Below, piece after piece: positions 11,192-21,156 of a DNA stretch of 64,000 nt. Origin of the DNA: an uncultured Gemmatimonadales bacterium (GTDB lineage Bacteria; Gemmatimonadota; Gemmatimonadetes; Gemmatimonadales; Gemmatimonadaceae); the NCBI GenBank assembly GCA_963701965.1, contig OY969695.1, forward strand, positions 2,592,001 through 2,656,000. The letters run 5' to 3'. A model generated the notes under the pieces. That model had not been told where the DNA came from. It ran no database searches and worked only from the letters and a program-made list of their open reading frames with translations. Numbering within the stretch: position 1 is the stretch's first letter; each line of letters opens with the position of its first letter. The position numbers and the translations under genes are program-made.

Positions 11192-12110
11192 TCATGACAG
11201 AATCAACTCCCGCCGGCCGAGGGCCGCTGGCGCCGCACGCCGGCCGGCGAGGACGGCGAGCGCGATCAGCGTGAGCACGTACGGCAACGCGAGAAAGAGC
11301 TGGTAGGGGGCGTGCCAGCCCATAGCCTGAAACAGGAACTGGAGCGCCGAGGCCGCCCCAAAGAGGAGCGCGCCGATCGCCGTGCCCACGGGGTGCCAGC
11401 GGCCGAGCGCAACGACCGCAATGGCAATGAACCCGCGGCCGGCCGACATGCCCTCGGCGAACGTCCCGACCTGCGCCAGCACGAGCGTGCCGCCGGCGAG
11501 TCCGCCCATGACGCCGCCAAAGACGACCGCGAGGAGTTGAATGCGGCGCGCGTCGAGTCCCGCGGCGCGGGCCGCGTCGGGATTCTCGCCGACGGCGCGG
11601 AGCGCCAGGCCGGCCCGCGTGCGGTACATCGCGTACGCCATCAACGGAACCAAGAGGTAGACGGCATACGTGATGGCCGGCTGGTTGAAGAGCGAAGGTC
11701 CAATGACCGGTATACGCGCCAGCACCGGAATCGCGGTGGCGGGCTCGGTCGGCGTGGACAGTGCGGCGCCAGCGGCGCCGAACGCGCGCCGGTAGAGCGT
11801 GCCCGTGAGACCCAGGCCGAGGAGCGTGATCGCCGTCCCCGTGATGATCTGGTCGGCGCGCAGCACGACAGCAAATCCCGCGAAGAGCAGCGCCACCAGG
11901 GCGCCGCCGGCGGCCGCCGCCGCGAATCCCGTGGCGACGCCCACCGCCTGCGCCCCGACGAGCGCGGCGAAGGCGCCGACGATGATCGATGCCCTCGAGT
12001 CCGACATTAATGACTCCGGCGCACTCGGCCACTGTTTCGCCGAGCGCGGCCAGCGCCAGGGGCGTGGCCGTGCGGATCGTCGCGGCGAGAAAATCAGTGA
12101 GCGCGTGCAC
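11192..12110 (-). CDS. BMP-type (nucleoside) ABC permease II (apparent +1 frameshift near 11989)
   Basis: ATPLALAALGE...GVINVGLEG joins IIVGAFAA...LRAVGENPDAA...GRGFIAIAVV in another frame. Confidence 0.88.
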
Positions 12111-13131
12111 GCCAGCGGGACCCCGGAATGAGAAAGACGAGGATGAGCACCGCTTCGACGACCGAGACCACGACGGAGGGTACGCCGGCATCGCGCTGCA
12201 TGGCACCGGCGCCGGCCTCCAGCGCACCGAACAGGATGCCCGTGAGGATCACGCCATAGGGGGAGAGGCCGGCGAGCAGCGCGACCGCGATGGCCGTGTA
12301 GCCATAGCCAGGCGAGATGTTCTCGTACAGCGCATAGGTCACGCCGGTCACCTCGACCGCGCCGGCCAGGCCAGCGAGCGCCCCGCTCACCAGGAACGCG
12401 CGCGTTGTGGTGCCCGGCACGTCGATCAACCCGGCGCTCGCGGCCGCGAACGGATTCGCACCGGCGGCCCGGAGCCGAAATCCGGGCGCGGTCTCCCGCA
12501 ACACCCAGCCGGCGGCGAGCGCCGCGACGAGCGCGATCAGGAATCCCGCGTGCAGACGCGACCCCGGGACGAGTCCGCGCAGGAGGCGCGGCATCGTGGC
12601 GATGGCGGGGAGGTTCGCGGTCTGGGGATAGATGTGCGTGGGCTCCTGCAGCGGACCGCGCACGAGCCAGCCGACGGCGTCGAGCGCGATGAAGTTGAGC
12701 ATGATCGTGCTGATGACTTCGAGCACGCCGAATCGGCGCCGGAGCCACTCGGCGATGCCGGCCCATCCGGCGCCGGCCAGGGTACCCAGAACGAGCGCCA
12801 CGGGCACGGCGACTGCCGTGTGGGCGGCGGCCGTGATGCCGTACGCCGCGGCGGCCGTGGCACCGGCGAGGAACTGCCCCTCGGCGCCGATGTTGAGCAC
12901 ATTGGCGCGAAAGGCGATGGCCACGCCGAGGCCCGTGAGGATGAGCGGCGTGGCGCGCACCAGGGTGGCCGAGACGATCACGTAGGGCGAGCCGAACGAT
13001 CCGCGCCACAGGGCGCGAAGGGCGGGGGCCGGGGCGTAGCCGGTCAGCGCGACTACGATGACCAGCGCGAGGACCGCGATGGCCGGGCGGAGCAGGACGT
13101 CACGAAGCGCGGCCGGCGTGAGGGCCGCCAT
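12094..13131 (-). CDS. BMP-type (nucleoside) ABC permease I
   Basis: ATPLILTGLGVAIAFRANVLNIGAEGQ, EVISTIMLNFIA, GYGYTAIAVALL. Confidence 0.92.
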   Translation of the reverse strand: MAALTPAALRDVLLRPAIAVLALVIVVALTGYAPAPALRALWRGSFGSPYVIVSATLVRATPLILTGLGVAIAFRANVLNIGAEGQFLAGATAAAAYGITAAAHTAVAVPVALVLGTLAGAGWAGIAEWLRRRFGVLEVISTIMLNFIALDAVGWLVRGPLQEPTHIYPQTANLPAIATMPRLLRGLVPGSRLHAGFLIALVAALAAGWVLRETAPGFRLRAAGANPFAAASAGLIDVPGTTTRAFLVSGALAGLAGAVEVTGVTYALYENISPGYGYTAIAVALLAGLSPYGVILTGILFGALEAGAGAMQRDAGVPSVVVSVVEAVLILVFLIPGSRWRARAH

Positions 13132-13150
13132 CAGGATCGCGGTCGGGAAA

Positions 13151-13598
13151 TCAGCGGGCCGTGCGCGGCAGCCATCGGGAAGCGCCCTCGGCGTCGCGGC
13201 GAATGATCGCCTCGACCTGGGCGCCAATGGCGTGGCCGGTGAGGCGGACGACCGGATCGTCGGGTGAGCGCTTGGATGGCGCTCGACGACCGGCCGCGCA
13301 TCACGACGGAGAACTGGCCGAGGAACGCCGAGCCATCGCATTCGATCACGATGTTCGGGGGCGCCAGCACCTCGACGTTCGACAGGACGCCGACGATCTC
13401 GATCTCGTGCACTCCGGGCTCGACCGTCGCGTGGCGGAGGTCAATGGTCACTTGCCCCAGAACAGCGACGACCCGCATGTGCCGCGGCAGCGTCCACGGG
13501 CCGCTCAGCTTGTGGTGCGAGAGGAATGTCACGACGCCGCGCGTCCGTCGGACCGGCGGCGTGGGATGCGCGATCGGGGCGAGGTCGTGGGGCTCCAC
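13151..13598 (-). CDS. LiaF/DUF1707 C-terminal-like beta-domain protein (apparent +1 frameshift near 13276)
   Basis: GPWTLPRHMRVVAVLGQVTIDLR...GSAFLGQF, then PDDPVVRLTGHAIGAQVE in shifted frame, stop at 13151. Confidence 0.65.
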
Positions 13599-13629
13599 GA
13601 CCAGAATGTAGCAGAAATGCGCGGTCGGT

Positions 13630-15573
13630 TTAACTGAGACCCAGCATGACCCGCCCCACGAATTCGCGATCGAACGGGGCGGGGGTATCGCCGGCGCGCG
13701 CGCGGGGGATTTCGCGGACGGCGCCGCGGGCGACCACGAGGACGCGGTCGGCGAGATCCAGCACCTCGTCGAGATCGCTGGAGTGCCACACGATCGCGGT
13801 GCCGCGATCGCGCGCCGCGAGCAGCGCATCGCGGAGGCCGGCGGCGGCCTGGACGTCGAGTCCGCGCGTGGGATTCGAGGCGATGAGCGCGGCAGGTGTA
13901 TCATCGATCTCGCGCGCCAGGACGAGACGCTGCTGGTTGCCGCCGGACAGCGACCGCGCCGAGCTCCCGGGGCCGCCGGTCCGGATATCGTAGCGGGCCA
14001 GCAGGTCGGCGGTGGCCTGTCGGACGGCCGCCCACCGGGCGCGACCGCGGCGCCGGCCCGCGCCCCGCAGGTACACGTTCTCGTAGAGCGGAAAATCGGC
14101 GATGAGGCCGTCGCGCTGGCGGTCCTCGGGGATGAACCCGACCTCCGACGGCACCGTGAGCCGGCCTCCCGTCACCGTCGTCCGACCAGCGAGCGCGCGG
14201 AGCAAGGGCACCTGTCCCTGACCCTCGACCCCCACGACGCCGACGATCTCCCCGGCGTGCACGGCAAAGGTGGCCGCGCGCACGGGACCAATGTCGATCG
14301 CGTCGGCCCGGATCACGACGGGACCAGGCGTGCCCGCGCTCCGGCGCGCGCCCGGCTTTGGCGCGGCCGCGCCGAGCATGGCGTCGACGATTGTGGCTTC
14401 GTCGACAGCCGCCGCGGGCGCGGCGAGCACAGTCCGGCCGCGCCGCAAGACGGTGATGTCGTCCGCCACGCTGAGTGCGTCGCCGAGCTTGTGGGTGATG
14501 AGCACGACGGCGCAACCACGGTCGGCGAGCCGCCGCAGCCACCGCAGCAACTGGGCGGCCTCTTCGGGCGCGAGGACGGCCGTCGGCTCATCGAGGATGA
14601 GCACGCGGGCATCCCGCGCCAATGCCTTGATGATCTCAACGCGCTGCTGGGCGGCGACCGAGAGATCGCCGACACGGGCATTGGGATCGACCCCAATGTC
14701 GTACGGCAGCGGCTCGGCGACATCGAGGCGCATCTCGCGGGCGACGTTCGTCACGACTGTCGCTGCATCACGCGCATTAAAACGCCAGTCGCGCGTCAGT
14801 GTACCGCCGCTGGCAAGAGCGACGTTCTCGGCCACTGTCATATTCTCGACCAGCGCATAGTGCTGGTGCACCATGCCGAGGCCCGCCGCGATGGCATCGG
14901 ACGGGGCACCGAACCGGCGCGGCTGTCCGTCCACGAAGACCGCCCCGGCGTCGGGCCGGATCATCCCGAATGCCACGCGCATGAGCGTGGTCTTCCCGGC
15001 CCCGTTTTCGCCGAGGAGCGCGTGCACGGTGCCCGCGGCCACGTCAATGCGCGCCCCATCGAGCGCGAGAATCCCGGTGTCCCTGGATCTCGGCTCACCC
15101 GGGATCAGTTCAACCGACCCCGGATCTCGCGACGCGGAGCGTCCCAGGGATCCCGGCGCAGCCGGGTCCAGTCCAACCGACCCCGGATCTCGCGACGCGG
15201 AGCGTCCCAGGGATCCCGGCGCAGCCGGGTCCAGTCCAACCGACCCCGGATCTCGCGACGCGGAGCGTCCCAGGGATCCCGGCGCAGCCGGGTCCAGTCC
15301 AACCGACCCCGGATCTCGCGACGCGGAGCGTCCCAGGGATCCCGGCGCAGCCGGGTCCAGTCCAACCGACCCCGGATCTCGCGACGCGGAGCGTCCCAGG
15401 GATCCCGGCGCAGCCGGGTCCAGTCCAACCGACCCCGGATCTCGCGACGCGGAGCGTCGCAGGGATCCCGGCGCAGCCGGGTCCAGTCCAACCGACCCCG
15501 GATCTCGCGACGCGGAGCGTCGCAGAGATCCGAACCGTTTCGTGATGTCGTGGAGCTGGAGCGCCGCGGTCAC
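13630..15573 (-). CDS. Nucleoside/sugar ABC ATP-binding protein with ~150-aa in-frame repeat insertion
   Basis: ITKRFG[insert]ILALDG...GENGAGKTT, DEPTAVL, PEDRQRDG, LSGGNQQ; GTGA overlap with upstream gene. Confidence 0.92.
   Translation of the reverse strand: MTAALQLHDITKRFGSLRRSASRDPGSVGLDPAAPGSLRRSASRDPGSVGLDPAAPGSLGRSASRDPGSVGLDPAAPGSLGRSASRDPGSVGLDPAAPGSLGRSASRDPGSVGLDPAAPGSLGRSASRDPGSVGLDPAAPGSLGRSASRDPGSVELIPGEPRSRDTGILALDGARIDVAAGTVHALLGENGAGKTTLMRVAFGMIRPDAGAVFVDGQPRRFGAPSDAIAAGLGMVHQHYALVENMTVAENVALASGGTLTRDWRFNARDAATVVTNVAREMRLDVAEPLPYDIGVDPNARVGDLSVAAQQRVEIIKALARDARVLILDEPTAVLAPEEAAQLLRWLRRLADRGCAVVLITHKLGDALSVADDITVLRRGRTVLAAPAAAVDEATIVDAMLGAAAPKPGARRSAGTPGPVVIRADAIDIGPVRAATFAVHAGEIVGVVGVEGQGQVPLLRALAGRTTVTGGRLTVPSEVGFIPEDRQRDGLIADFPLYENVYLRGAGRRRGRARWAAVRQATADLLARYDIRTGGPGSSARSLSGGNQQRLVLAREIDDTPAALIASNPTRGLDVQAAAGLRDALLAARDRGTAIVWHSSDLDEVLDLADRVLVVARGAVREIPRARAGDTPAPFDREFVGRVMLGLS
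15079..15532. repeat. 63-bp tandem palindromic array (6 full units, one partial, one degenerate), in frame in ABC ATPase
   Basis: Units start 15111, 15174, 15237, 15300, 15363, 15426, 15489; hairpins GCGACGC-GGA-GCGTCGC and CCCGGC-GCA-GCCGGG. Confidence 0.97.
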
Positions 15574-16358
15574 AGCCCGGTCGGGGCGTCGATGAACACC
15601 CATGGGAGTCCGAACGTGGCGCCCGCGTGCTCGGCGAGCGCGCGGGGGCCGATGGTCTCAGTGGCGTAATGCCCAGCATAAATGAGCACGAGTCGCGACT
15701 CTGGCGCGTCAACGGCGCTCCAGTGCGGCCCGTCACCGACTATCAGTGTGTCTACACCGAGCTCGACCGCTTCCCGCATCGTCTCCGCCGAGGCGCCCGT
15801 CCCGGAGCAGATGGCCCACCGCTTCGTGATCCGTCCCGGCTCGAAAGCGCTCGCCCTCGCATCGCCGCCATGTTGCCGCGCGAATTCCCGGGCGGCATCG
15901 AGTATCGAGGCGGTCGGCCGCTGATCCTCCCCGCGCACACCAATCGCGATCGAGTCGAACCGGGCGAACTCGCCGGTCGGCTCGAGGCCGAGCGCGCGCG
16001 CCAGCAGCGCATTGTTGCCGAAGGTCGGATGCCGGTCGAGCGGCAGGTGCGACGCATACACCGCGACGTCGTGGGCAATGAGGGCGCGGATGCGCTCATA
16101 TCGCGGACCGACGAGCGGCTGCACGCCACCCCAAAACAGTCCGTGATGGACGATGAGGAGATTGGCCCCGGCGGCGATGGCACCGTCGATCGTGCGCTGC
16201 GACCCGTCGACCGCGGCCGCGATCGCGCGGATAGGCGCGCGATTGGCGACCTGCAGGCCGTTCACGGCGTTGGGATAGTCGGGCACTTGAGCGGTGCCCA
16301 AGATGCGATCGAGATACTCGGCGATCGCGCCGGCCATGATCTCCGCGTGCGCAGCCAC
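15570..16358 (-). CDS. Nif3-like dinuclear metal protein (YbgI family)
   Basis: DYPNAVNGLQV, VHHGLFW, SHLPLD, AGHYATE. Confidence 0.93.
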   Translation of the reverse strand: MAAHAEIMAGAIAEYLDRILGTAQVPDYPNAVNGLQVANRAPIRAIAAAVDGSQRTIDGAIAAGANLLIVHHGLFWGGVQPLVGPRYERIRALIAHDVAVYASHLPLDRHPTFGNNALLARALGLEPTGEFARFDSIAIGVRGEDQRPTASILDAAREFARQHGGDARASAFEPGRITKRWAICSGTGASAETMREAVELGVDTLIVGDGPHWSAVDAPESRLVLIYAGHYATETIGPRALAEHAGATFGLPWVFIDAPTGL

Positions 16359-16366
16359 GCCGGAAG

Positions 16367-17392
16367 CTACTGGGCGGTGAAGGTCCCGGCGACGAGGCGC
16401 TTCTGGACGGAGTCGACGGCGAGCAACGCCGCCGGTGGAATCCGCGACGTGAGCTGGGGGTTGAGCACGAGTCGGACGACGTTGTCCTTCGCGCCATAGG
16501 TGATGGGACGCGAGACGAAGAGCCCGTCGTGCACTTCGCGGGCGATGGACAGGAGGGCGTGGGGCAGATCGATGACGACGCTGCCGAGCGTGACGCCGGG
16601 CGCGAGACTGTTCTGGTCGGAGTTGGCGCCGATGATGAACACGTCGCGCGACTCGCGCACGGCCTGAAAGACGCCGAGTCCAGCGGCGTCTGCGTTCTGA
16701 AAGATGACGTCCGCACCTTGCCCGATCTGGGCCAGGGCCTGCTCGCGCCCGGCGCTGACATCGTCCCAATTGCCGAGATACGAGGTGAGGACTTTCACGT
16801 TCGGGTTCACGGACTTGGCGCCGGACGCGAAGGCGTCGAAGCTGGTCTTCACGGGGGGCAACTCGGTGCCGCCAATGACGCCAATGGTATTGCTCCGCGT
16901 CATCGCACCGGCAACGAGGCCGGCGAGATAGGCGCCGTCCTGAAAGGCGAAGTTGATGCCGGCGACGTTAGGAGAATTCCGGTCGCCCGACGTCACGATG
17001 AAGACGGTCTTGGGAAACTCCTCGGCGACACGGAGCGCGGCGTCCTGAAATTCGAATCCGTGCCCGATGACGAGATTGTACCCCTGCGAGGCGTACTGCC
17101 GAAAATTCTCCTCGAACTCGGCGGGCGTCTTGGTCTGGACGTTACTGATCTCGGCGCCGAGGCTGTCCCGGATGCGCTGGAGTCCTTTATAGGCGCCGCC
17201 GTTCCAGGCTTGATCGGAGATGGGACCGGGGGTCAAGAGTGCCACCCGGAAGGGGCCTTCCCGCTCCGGGCGATCCGATGGGAGGGCGTGCGAGTGGGCG
17301 TTGGGCGACTCGCCGCAGCCGACGCCGAGAAGAACCGCGCCGACTATTGCAGCGTTGGCGGCAATGCGCGCGCAGACTCCGCGCGCACTCAC
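16367..17392 (-). CDS. BMP family ABC substrate-binding lipoprotein
   Basis: Lipobox GVGC; DQAWNGGAYKGL, IGHGFEF, GADVIFQNAD. Confidence 0.92.
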   Translation of the reverse strand: MSARGVCARIAANAAIVGAVLLGVGCGESPNAHSHALPSDRPEREGPFRVALLTPGPISDQAWNGGAYKGLQRIRDSLGAEISNVQTKTPAEFEENFRQYASQGYNLVIGHGFEFQDAALRVAEEFPKTVFIVTSGDRNSPNVAGINFAFQDGAYLAGLVAGAMTRSNTIGVIGGTELPPVKTSFDAFASGAKSVNPNVKVLTSYLGNWDDVSAGREQALAQIGQGADVIFQNADAAGLGVFQAVRESRDVFIIGANSDQNSLAPGVTLGSVVIDLPHALLSIAREVHDGLFVSRPITYGAKDNVVRLVLNPQLTSRIPPAALLAVDSVQKRLVAGTFTAQ

Positions 17393-17826
17393 CGCACGAC
17401 GGCGACGGGGAGAGGCTTGGTGTCGGTGCGGTTGGACTTGACCGACTCGTCCATCCGGACGTTGCCGTTGATCTTGCCGCCTTCGAGCACGACGATGGAC
17501 TTGGTGTGAATGTCGCCGTTCACGCTGGACGTGCCCTGGATCTCGACGCGTTCGCCGGCAATGACGGTCCCATCGACGCGGCCGCCGATCACGACTTCCT
17601 TGGCGTGCACATCGCCTTTGACTTCTCCTTGCCGGCCGACGAGCACTTGCCGCGCGCCGCGAATGGTGCCTTCGACCGTGCCTTCGATCTTGAGTACGCC
17701 CGTGGTGTCAATGTCGCCGTGGACTTTCATCCCGAAGGCGATGATGGAGAGCGCCGCTTCATTGGAGGCGCCACCGCCCTGCTTCGTTTCACTCTTGTCG
17801 GGGGAATCTTTTGTGAACATGGCCAT
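17389..17826 (-). CDS. Bactofilin (polymer-forming cytoskeletal protein)
   Basis: SIIAFGMKVHGDI...IEGTVEG...VNGDIHTKSIVVLEGGKING. Confidence 0.93.
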   Translation of the reverse strand: MAMFTKDSPDKSETKQGGGASNEAALSIIAFGMKVHGDIDTTGVLKIEGTVEGTIRGARQVLVGRQGEVKGDVHAKEVVIGGRVDGTVIAGERVEIQGTSSVNGDIHTKSIVVLEGGKINGNVRMDESVKSNRTDTKPLPVAVVR

Positions 17827-17900
17827 GGCGAAAAATGATGGGCTGAGGGCTCGGAGGGGATCGGCTGACTGACGATCAATGCATCGGAGCGGGCACTTGG

Positions 17901-18449
17901 TCAATCCATGGGATCGGCGGGCTTCGGCGGTGGGGTCACGGCGCTGGAGTCCGAGGCCGGTGACACCACTGGAGCACTCACTGGTTCCACGGATTGGTCG
18001 ACAGCTTTTGGGGTACGCGGGGCCCGCACGACGCGATGCAATGTATCGCCAGCAGCGGGAAATGCCTCAGTCGGCGTGGCACTCGCGCCGAGCATGCGCT
18101 GGACTTGATCGTAGCGCTTTTGCAGCCCGGCGAGCGAACGCTCCAGCGTATCGAGACGGGCCGCGTCATGCTCGAGACGGGCAAGCCGATAGGTGAGCGT
18201 GGGAACGCGCGCGGCCTGGGCGGCAATGACGGCGATGATGGCGACCATGATGCCGAGCAGCACGCGTCCGACGTTGGACCGCAGAAAGAATCTGAGGAGC
18301 CGTACTTGTCTCTGGGTCAGGACGAAGGTCCGCCCTTGGAGTCCGCTCTCGCGCGCGACCTGAATGATCATCGAGCCCGCATGCGGCGTGTAGATATTAC
18401 CGTAGCCGCGCGGCGCGTCGGATTTCGGCGCGCGGGAGAGTCCGATCAT
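17901..18449 (-). CDS. Hypothetical TM/coiled-coil protein between parB and bactofilin
   Basis: ATGA overlap with parB; one TM plus coiled coil. Confidence 0.7.
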   Translation of the reverse strand: MIGLSRAPKSDAPRGYGNIYTPHAGSMIIQVARESGLQGRTFVLTQRQVRLLRFFLRSNVGRVLLGIMVAIIAVIAAQAARVPTLTYRLARLEHDAARLDTLERSLAGLQKRYDQVQRMLGASATPTEAFPAAGDTLHRVVRAPRTPKAVDQSVEPVSAPVVSPASDSSAVTPPPKPADPMD

Positions 18450-19399
18450 AGGCGTGCCTCGCTGCTGTCAGGTCCGAGCATCCGCTCCAACAGACGATCG
18501 AGGTCGTCGTTGGAGTAGAAGCGGATCGCAATCGTGCCGTCTTGGGGTCCGCTCAAATCGACGCGTACGTCGGTCTGAAGATACGTCCTCAGCCGATCCT
18601 CAATCCGCCGGGCGAGCGGATCTGGGGTCGACGCCTCACCGGTGGTCGCGCCCCGCCGCCGCTTGCGCTGGGCGCCAGCTCCGGAGCCCCCACCGGCCGC
18701 CACGCCGGTGGCCAACTGGACGCGCTGCTCGACGTCGCGCACGCTGAGTTTGCGCACCGCGATGATGTGGGCGAGATCTATCCGCGACCTCTCCCCCGGC
18801 AGCGCCAGCAACGCCCTCGCATGACCGGTAGAGATCGCTCCATCGCGAAGTAACAGGCGAACGCTTTCAGGCAACACCAATATGCGCAACATGTTAGCGA
18901 TTGTGGATCGATCTTTACCTACGACCTCGGCGATTTCGTTTTGGGTCAGATGGAACTCAGTCGCCAGGCGCTGATAGCCCTCGGCTTCTTCAATAGGGTT
19001 GAGATCGGCTCGCTGGAGATTCTCTACGAGGGCCAGGGTCAGGGCAGCCCGGTCGTCGATGGGCTTGACCAGGGCGGTAATCTCCGCCCACCCCAGGGCC
19101 TGCACCGCCCGAAACCTCCGCTCCCCGGCGATGAGCTCGTACCCGGGTCCGGTCGGCGACGGACGAACGGTGACGGGCTGCAAGAGTCCGTTCGCGGCAA
19201 TGCTCTCCTTCAGCTCTTTGATTTCCTGGGGATCGAACTCTTTGCGGGGCTGAAAGGGATTGGGTCTGATATCGCCGACAGGAATTTCGCGCAACGGTCC
19301 GGCGTTGACGCTCGGCGCTTCGCCGCCTGCCGGTGCAGCTGTCGCCCCGAACAGGGCCTCGAGCCCGCGACCCAGTCGCCGTGGCTTCTCGGCGCTCAT
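18446..19399 (-). CDS. parB: Chromosome partitioning protein ParB
   Basis: LGRGLEAL, NPFQPRK, IAGERRFRA, ENLQRADLNPIEEA. Confidence 0.97.
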   Translation of the reverse strand: MSAEKPRRLGRGLEALFGATAAPAGGEAPSVNAGPLREIPVGDIRPNPFQPRKEFDPQEIKELKESIAANGLLQPVTVRPSPTGPGYELIAGERRFRAVQALGWAEITALVKPIDDRAALTLALVENLQRADLNPIEEAEGYQRLATEFHLTQNEIAEVVGKDRSTIANMLRILVLPESVRLLLRDGAISTGHARALLALPGERSRIDLAHIIAVRKLSVRDVEQRVQLATGVAAGGGSGAGAQRKRRRGATTGEASTPDPLARRIEDRLRTYLQTDVRVDLSGPQDGTIAIRFYSNDDLDRLLERMLGPDSSEARL

Positions 19400-20265
19400 T
19401 GCTGCTGATCCAGCTGAGCCAATGTCTCGGCGTCCGAAAACCAATCCCCGTCCGTATCAGCAGGACTCTCAGCGACCGCCGTCGTTGCGGGTGGCTTCAC
19501 GGCATACCAGTCGAGCAGCTCTCTCGCCGCACTGATATACGACTGCGCGCCAACCGATCCCACGTCGTACTGAATGATCGGCTTGCCGAAACTCGGCGCC
19601 TCGGCGAGGCGGATGTTGCGCGGGATGACGGACTGGAGCACGCGATCGCCAAAGTGTTCCCGCGCGTCGAGCGCCACCTGGCGGGACAGATTGAGACGGG
19701 TGTCGTACATGGTCAGAAGCACGGCATCGACCTTGAGCTGGGGGTTCTCCGAACGCTGAATCAGCTGCACGGTGCGCAGCAGCTGCGACAGGCCTTCCAG
19801 GGCGTAGTACTCACACTGCAGCGGGATAAGCAGGCCATCCGCCGCCGCGAGCATGTTCAGGGTAATGAGTCCGAGCGAAGGTGGACAATCAATAAGGATG
19901 AAGTCGTAATCATCGCGTACCGCGTCGAGCGCCACGCGCATTGCCTGGACGCGGTTCGAATGGTCGACCAGCTCCACCTCAGCTCCCGCCAGATCGGGCG
20001 TAGCCGGCAAGACGTCCAGATGCTTAAACAGCACCTCTCTCAGCCGGGCCTCGATCACCGGTGTTCTGTTGACGAGCACATCGTAGATACTGAGCCCGAC
20101 CTGCTCGGTTCTCAGCCCCACGCCACTCGTCGCATTGGCCTGTGGATCACCATCCACGAGCAGCGTGCGCTGCTCGGCTACGGCTAGGCTGGCGGCCAGA
20201 TTGATGGCGGACGTTGTCTTTCCTACGCCGCCCTTTTGATTCGCGATCGCGAGCACATGCGCCAC
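19396..20265 (-). CDS. parA: Chromosome partitioning ATPase ParA/Soj
   Basis: NQKGGVGKTT, DPQANAT, DCPPSLG, QCEYYALEG, RLAEAPSFG. Confidence 0.97.
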   Translation of the reverse strand: MAHVLAIANQKGGVGKTTSAINLAASLAVAEQRTLLVDGDPQANATSGVGLRTEQVGLSIYDVLVNRTPVIEARLREVLFKHLDVLPATPDLAGAEVELVDHSNRVQAMRVALDAVRDDYDFILIDCPPSLGLITLNMLAAADGLLIPLQCEYYALEGLSQLLRTVQLIQRSENPQLKVDAVLLTMYDTRLNLSRQVALDAREHFGDRVLQSVIPRNIRLAEAPSFGKPIIQYDVGSVGAQSYISAARELLDWYAVKPPATTAVAESPADTDGDWFSDAETLAQLDQQQ

Positions 20266-20326
20266 GGCACCCTCTCCGGCAATCGAGCGTTGGGCCGATA
20301 AGATAAGCGATCAAGCGGGCATATCG

Positions 20327-20342
20327 TGTTTCACGTGAAACA
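20327..20342. other. parS centromere-like site (perfect)
   Basis: TGTTTCACGTGAAACA matches the canonical parS consensus. Confidence 0.95.
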
Positions 20343-20374
20343 CAGTCTCGTGATCGGAAAGGACGGGACTGGTG

Positions 20375-20390
20375 TGTTTCACGTGGAAAA
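20375..20390. other. parS site (near-consensus)
   Basis: TGTTTCACGTGGAAAA. Confidence 0.8.
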
Positions 20391-20437
20391 TTACGTGGGC
20401 GAAATCAGGGTCTGGTGCGTCGAGACACAAACCGATT

Positions 20438-21126
20438 GCGGCGGAGCACGGCGACAATTCGTCTCCGGCGTCTCGATACAGCAGGCCGCCTGCGACGAAT
20501 TGTCGCCGCGCTCTGGTCGATCTCGTGGCAGGGAAAGCAGGGCTAGAGACTCAAGCAAAGGGACAGTGACACCTCATGATCGGGGGCGGCGTCGCCAGGC
20601 GATAATTCGTCGCCAACGTCTCGATACAGCAGGACTGCCGGCGACGAATTATCGCAGGCTCTGATCGAGCACAGTTTGTTGGATGTTACTACGCCTGGGT
20701 CGGGTTGGGAGGCAGACAACTCCGCTCGTTGGCCTCGGTCTGGGAGCGCCGGGCTCTGGCCGGGCGCTGCGGGGATTTCGCCTTGCTAGGCCTGGGAAGA
20801 ACGAAAACCACCGGCCGTCTCTCGGACACGGCAAGGGGCTGAGCCGCGCTAGCCGGGGTTCAGCTGCAATCTCATGCGACACCAGCCTGTTGTCTCGATG
20901 AGAGCCTGCCGATAATTCGTCGCCGGCAGTCCTGCTGTACCGAGACGCTGGCGACGAATTATCGCCTGGCGACGCCGCGCTCAATCAGGAAACGCGCCGC
21001 CCCGCTCGATTGAATCTCATGCCTTGCTTTCCCTCCCTCTACCTCGACCAGAGCACGGCGATAATTCGTCGCAGGCGGCCTGCTGTATCGAGACGCCGGA
21101 GACGAATTATCGCCGTGCTCCGCCGC
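20438..21126. repeat. ~690-bp structure with ~235-bp imperfect inverted arms, each holding two REP-like hairpins
   Basis: 20438-20520 is the reverse complement of 21044-21126 (3 mismatches); 20586-20670 pairs with 20893-20978; inter-hairpin linkers also align. Confidence 0.9.
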
Positions 21127-21156
21127 TATCACTGTTCAGACGCGCTACTGTCGCTA

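Noticed and set aside
15111..15532. CRISPR array
   Set aside because: Units are contiguous with no unique spacers, and there are no cas genes in the window
20438..21126. CRISPR array or protein-coding ORFs (HGDNSS... peptides)
   Set aside because: Repeats are ~70 bp, in inverted orientation and irregularly spaced; the short ORFs are translations of the palindromes
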